From NCBI GenBank assembly GCA_045599485.1, contig JAZRWA010000043.1:1-19705 (forward strand): 19,705 bases of DNA, given 5' to 3'. The translations under genes and the position numbers were made by a program. Origin of the DNA: Clostridia bacterium (GTDB lineage Bacteria; Bacillota; Clostridia; Christensenellales; Aristaeellaceae). The notes under the pieces were generated by a model. The model was given only the letters and a program-made list of their open reading frames with translations, did not search any database and was not told the origin of the DNA. This document shows positions 16,024-19,705 of the stretch, one piece after another (within the stretch, counting starts at the first letter, position 1; each line of letters starts with the position of its first letter).

Positions 16024-17477
16024 AAACAGTATCCCTATTTACCGCATAGACGGCGCTTTCCAACGATATGGCGGAGGTGCTGCGCCTGTTTATGGGCAGC
16101 ATTGAGCTGCTTGTCAACGAAGCGGGCGGCGAGATCACCCTGCGCCATGAGGAAAGCATTGCGGACAATGTGCGTACCGTTCGTGTGACGGACGGAGAAC
16201 AGGCAGCGGAGACCCGGGAAGCGATCACCGGGGACGCGGTGGTGGATAAACGGCTGCGTCGCCGTCAGGCCAAGCTGGGGGTATACAGCCTGATGAAGCG
16301 CCGCTTTGGTTATGCTCCGCCGTGGGGCAGCCTGACGGGGATCCGTCCCACCCGGCTGCTGTATGCCGGGCTGGAAAAAGGACTGTCCATGGAGGCGGCG
16401 GCGGACGAGGTGCGGCGTACCTTTGACGTGAGCGAGGAAAAGCTGGCGCTGATGCACGAGATCGTTCAGGTGCAGCAGCGGGAGATTCCGATGCCGGACA
16501 CGGACATGGCGGATATCTATATCGGCATTCCCTTCTGCGTTTCCCGCTGTGCCTACTGCAGCTTTTTATCCGGCGAGGTGGGCAAAGGTACACAGCTGGA
16601 GCCCTATACCGCCGCTCTTGAAAAGGAGATCGCCCGGGGCATTCGTCTGGCGGACGAGGCGGGTTATCGCCTGCGTGCCTTTTATATGGGCGGCGGAACG
16701 CCTACGGCACTGCCGGCATCGCTGCTGGACAGGGTGCTGACCGCGGCGAGACCGCTCATGGAGCGCTGCGGCGAGGTAACGGTGGAAGCGGGACGTCCCG
16801 ATACCATTGACCGGGAAAAGCTGCAGGTGCTGCTTGACCATGGGGTGACCCGCATTTCGGTCAATCCGCAGACGGGACACGACCGCACGCTGGAGAGGAT
16901 CGGTCGGCGTCATACCGTGGCACAGACGGAGCAGGCATACCTGCTGGCACGCGGCATGGGCTTTCATCACATCAATATGGATCTGATCGCCGGCCTGCCC
17001 GGGGAGAACGCCGACGACTTTGAGCAGACGCTGGCATGGATCAAACGTCTGGCACCCGAAAGCATGACGGTGCATACGCTGTCCATCAAGCGCAGCAGCC
17101 TGCTGCATTTGTGGGAGGCGGAGCTGCCCGACGGCGACATGGTCTCGCACATGGTGCGAGCGGGCTATGAAGCGGCGCGAAGCATGGAGATGCAGCCCTA
17201 TTATCTGTATCGCCAGAAGTACATGGCCGGCAATCAGGAAAACGTGGGCTATGCTTTGAAGGATCACAGCTGCATTTACAATGTGGACATGATGGAGGAG
17301 ACCTGCTCGGTGCTGGCCATGGGGGCCGGTGCCGCCAGCAAACGGGTCTCCAATGAAAAAGGCGTCATTCGCCGTGCCTTCAATGTGTCGGATATCCGTC
17401 AATACGTGGAACGTGTGGACGAAATGGCGGAACGCAAGGAAGCGCTGTTTTTGCGCGGAGAGGAAAGCAAATGCTGA
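16020..17477 (+). CDS. hemZ: HemZ-like oxygen-independent coproporphyrinogen dehydrogenase family radical SAM protein (485 codons) with an in-frame TAG at 16047-16049. The final stop is TGA.
   Basis: The radical SAM motif is CVSRCAYCSF, and GGGTPT is also present. The start was placed at ATG 16020, which overlaps the upstream TGA as ATGA and follows AGGGGGA. This restores the roughly 20-aa N-terminus that precedes the conserved LF. The alternative ATG 16068 has no SD. Confidence 0.8.
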
Positions 17478-18187
17478 TCTGGGTTGCCGCGACCTTTTTG
17501 TCTTCCATGGTGAAGGGGCTGTGCGGCTTTGCAAACGCGATCGTATTCAATGCCATGCTGAACTTTGCCAATAACCCGGTGGAGATCTCACCGGTGTGCC
17601 TGCTGATCGGCGCACCCACCAATATGGTGCTCAGCTGGAAGGGACGGAAGCTGATCCGCAAGGAGCTGGTGGCGCTTCCGGTGCTGCTGATCCTGATCGG
17701 CAGCTTTCTTGGCGCCATGGCTTTGAAAAACGGTGATGCGCGTATCATCAAAATGATCTTTGGCTTTTTTATTGCGGCGATGGGCTGCAGTATGCTGCTG
17801 AAACGCAATAAAAAAGAACAGAAAAAGCCGGGGAAGCTTTTTCTGTACGGTGTTGGACTTTTGTCCGGCCTGTTGTGCGGCCTGTATGGCGTCGGGGCGA
17901 TGATGAGCGCGTATTTCAGCCGTGTGACGGAGGATACCGCCAGCTTCAAGGCCAATATGTGCTTTGTGTTTGCGATCGAAAACGTGGTACGGCTGGTGAC
18001 TTATGCGGTATCCGGACTGATGACCGCCGGGGTACTGCTGAAAGGCGCGGTGCTGCTGCCCGTATCGTTCCTGGGACTGGCTGCCGGCATGCTGATGGCA
18101 AAAAAACTGGATGAAAAGAAGGCAAAGCTGCTCATCTATGTGCTGCTGATCATTTCCGGTGTGGTGCTGATCGCACAGAATCTTTAA
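17471..18187 (+). CDS. TauE/SafE (DUF81) family anion/sulfite exporter-like membrane protein. The stop is TAA.
   Basis: The 238-aa product is polytopic and hydrophobic, with two halves joined by a basic loop (KRNKKEQKKPGK). Its ATG overlaps the hemZ 3' end by 7 nt. Confidence 0.8.
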   Translation: MLIWVAATFLSSMVKGLCGFANAIVFNAMLNFANNPVEISPVCLLIGAPTNMVLSWKGRKLIRKELVALPVLLILIGSFLGAMALKNGDARIIKMIFGFFIAAMGCSMLLKRNKKEQKKPGKLFLYGVGLLSGLLCGLYGVGAMMSAYFSRVTEDTASFKANMCFVFAIENVVRLVTYAVSGLMTAGVLLKGAVLLPVSFLGLAAGMLMAKKLDEKKAKLLIYVLLIISGVVLIAQNL

Positions 18188-19014
18188 GTTTCCATGCCGA
18201 TAAACACGGCATTGCGCTCTCCGTAATAGCTGGTCAGGCCGCGCGCCTCGGCGATGCGGCCCTCCGCGGCGGGGAAGCGGCTTCTCAGGGCATCCAGCAC
18301 CGTGCGGGCAAGATCCTCGTTGCAGGTGTGGGTCACCAGCAGCTTTTTGGGCGTCAGCGCCTGTTTTTCCAGCTGACGCAGGATCTCGGCAATGGCGCCC
18401 TTATCGTTGCGGCATTTGGACAGCGGCTGAAGGGTGCCTTCCGCCGACGCCATGCCCATGATGCGGATGCCCAGCACGCCCACGGCGGCGGCGACCGCCT
18501 TGCTGACACGGCCGTTTTGCGCAAAATTATGCAGGGAACGGAAAATAAAGAAGATCCTGGTCTTCTTCATATAGGCTTCCACTTCGGCACAGATGTGCTC
18601 GAACGGAAGCCTTTTTTGTTTCAGCTCGTTGATCTTTTCAACAATGAGCCGCAGGGCGGGGCCGGTCGTCAGCGAATCGAATACATGGATGCGGCAGTTC
18701 GGGTGGGATTCCAGATAGATCTCACGGGCATTCATCGCGGCGTTGTAGGTGCCGGAGATGGTGCCGGTCAGCACGGGCACATAGATCTCGTCTGCCCCCT
18801 CAAAGGCATTCAGCCACAGACCGGTACCGGGGCAGGCGGTGTGGGAGGGCCCCTTGAAAGCAGCCAGGGTATCCAGCATATCGTTGACGTTCAGGTCGGC
18901 GTTGTCTGTCCATTCATTTTCACCGGCGCTGATGGTCAGCGGGACGGAAACAAAATCGGCATTGTCCAGATGCGTGAGATCACAGGAAGAGTCACTGACG
19001 ATGCGTGTAATCAT
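18184..19014 (-). CDS. DegV family fatty-acid-binding protein. The stop is TAA.
   Basis: The N-terminus MITRIVSDSSCDL is typical of DegV, and the 276-aa length is typical too. The track ORF starts at TTG 19032; I preferred ATG 19014, which follows GGAGG (19023-19019). Confidence 0.9.
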   Translation of the reverse strand: MITRIVSDSSCDLTHLDNADFVSVPLTISAGENEWTDNADLNVNDMLDTLAAFKGPSHTACPGTGLWLNAFEGADEIYVPVLTGTISGTYNAAMNAREIYLESHPNCRIHVFDSLTTGPALRLIVEKINELKQKRLPFEHICAEVEAYMKKTRIFFIFRSLHNFAQNGRVSKAVAAAVGVLGIRIMGMASAEGTLQPLSKCRNDKGAIAEILRQLEKQALTPKKLLVTHTCNEDLARTVLDALRSRFPAAEGRIAEARGLTSYYGERNAVFIGMET

Positions 19015-19042
19015 AATGCCTCCATGAAACAAATGCTCAGAG

Positions 19043-19129
19043 TCAAAAACACTTTCATCGGTTTTTGAATAACCGTTGACGGGATTATATCACGGTTTTT
19101 GAAAATTGTAAACAAGCTTTTCAAAAACC
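19043..19129. repeat. Repeated 8-11 bp motif GGTTTTTGAA / TTCAAAAACC in the degV-DUF1836 intergenic region (candidate operators)
   Basis: cggtttttgaa occurs at 19059-19069 and 19093-19103. The inverted copy ttcaaaaacc is at 19120-19129, and a partial inverted copy tcaaaaac is at 19043-19050. Confidence 0.6.
19084..19112 (-). promoter_or_regulatory. Sigma-A-type promoter of degV
   Basis: On the minus strand: -35 TTTACA (19112-19107), a 17-nt spacer, and an extended -10 TGaTATAAT (TATAAT at 19089-19084). Confidence 0.65.
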
Positions 19130-19132
19130 TGT

Positions 19133-19161
19133 TTGCAATGCGGGCGTGGATGTTATACAAT
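19133..19161 (+). promoter_or_regulatory. Sigma-A-type promoter of the DUF1836 gene
   Basis: -35 TTGCAA (19133-19138), a 17-nt spacer, and -10 TACAAT (19156-19161). Confidence 0.6.
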
Positions 19162-19183
19162 AGACCCGTGGAAGGAGCATTGT

Positions 19184-19705
19184 ATGAACGAAGCATTTGA
19201 AAGCCGCCTGCGGCAGACGGTGGAGGGGTTTCATCTGCCGCGCTATACGGAGATCCCCGATATCGGTCTATATCTGGAGCAGGCGGTGCGCTGGATCAAC
19301 CGTTACACCCCCATTTTTTCCGAAAATGAGGTTACGGCCAGTATGATCTCCAATTATGTCAAGCACCATATCATTCCGGGCCCCAAGGGCAAAACCTACA
19401 GCCGGGACGCGCTGGGGCACCTTCTGTTTGTCTGTCTGATGAAGACCACCATGCCCCTGGAAGAGGTTCGCTTCATGTTTCGCATGCAGCAGCGCAGCTA
19501 TGAGCTTCGGGTGGCGTATGATTATTTTTGCGAGGAATTTGAAAATCTGCTGGCCGTTGCCTTTGGTCTGAAACAGCAGCCCGACCCGGTGGGGCATGAC
19601 AGCACGGTGGAAAAGGAGCTGCTGCGTTCGGCACTGCTTTCGGCGGCATATCACATCCGTCTGCAGCAGTATATCCGGCTTCTCAAAGAGAGTGCGGAGT
19701 CGTAA
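19184..19705 (+). CDS. DUF1836 domain protein, commonly paired with degV. The stop is TAA at the window end.
   Basis: ATG 19184 follows GGAAGGAG, and the promoter lies inside the longer track ORF. The 173-aa product contains FHLPRYTEIPDIGLYLEQ and TASMISNYVKH, which I recall as DUF1836-like. Confidence 0.75.
   Translation: MNEAFESRLRQTVEGFHLPRYTEIPDIGLYLEQAVRWINRYTPIFSENEVTASMISNYVKHHIIPGPKGKTYSRDALGHLLFVCLMKTTMPLEEVRFMFRMQQRSYELRVAYDYFCEEFENLLAVAFGLKQQPDPVGHDSTVEKELLRSALLSAAYHIRLQQYIRLLKESAES

Noticed and set aside
6917-16049. The in-frame TAGs as pyrrolysine codons.
   Set aside because: The host genes are not methylamine methyltransferases. No pyl genes or PYLIS-like hairpins are visible. 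The one site I can align falls on a conserved Glu. A genome-wide check for pylTSBCD is still worthwhile.
6917-16049. The in-frame TAGs as ordinary pseudogenising mutations or random sequencing errors.
   Set aside because: All four interruptions are the same codon. There are no in-frame TAA or TGA codons and no frameshifts. The affected genes include relA, and TAG is never used as a terminator in the window. This explanation cannot be fully excluded without reads. G-to-T damage turning GAG into TAG remains a formal alternative.
18184-18187. The convergent tauE-like and degV genes overlap at their stop codons (tTTAAg) with no intergenic terminator.
   Set aside because: The overlap is real but probably trivial. 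Convergent overlaps at a TTAA are common in compact genomes, and no further structure is visible.
1-19705. A search for CRISPR repeats, tRNA or rRNA genes (including a CUA-anticodon suppressor tRNA), IS elements, integrases, toxin-antitoxin pairs or defence genes.
   Set aside because: I recognised none. The intergenic regions are short and are accounted for by promoters, terminators and the leader elements described above.

Overview
This is a GC-rich chromosomal housekeeping segment from a Firmicute that looks Clostridia-like. The gene order (SecD-like, recJ, relA, dtd, MBL hydrolase, hemZ-like) matches the conserved Firmicute arrangement. From left to right the window holds: the 3' part of ppdK; a minus-strand methionine-uptake operon (promoter, two leader sORFs, metQ, metN, metI, M20 amidohydrolase); an ATP-grasp enzyme and a secreted ComEC-type MBL hydrolase; a small secreted protein; a SecD-like membrane protein; recJ; relA; dtd; an MBL hydrolase; a HemZ-like radical SAM enzyme; a TauE/SafE permease; and a divergent degV / DUF1836 pair. 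I recognised no rRNA, tRNA, CRISPR array or mobile element. Three observations stand out. (1) Four conserved genes (ATP-grasp, MBL hydrolase, relA, hemZ-like) each carry one in-frame TAG, with family-typical sequence continuing in the same frame. All 19 accepted ORF ends use TAA or TGA and none uses TAG. This fits amber read-through or reassignment better than gene decay. (2) The met transporter operon has no S-box or T-box that I can recognise. It is instead preceded by a strongly SD-driven 30-codon sORF with 11 of 30 Met/Cys residues, followed by an intrinsic terminator that has a mutually exclusive alternative pairing. This is a candidate Met/Cys-sensing leader-peptide attenuator. (3) MetQ is circularly permuted relative to canonical NlpA/MetQ binding proteins and lacks a lipobox cysteine. 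Most long antisense ORFs in the six-frame track are GC-driven shadow ORFs.
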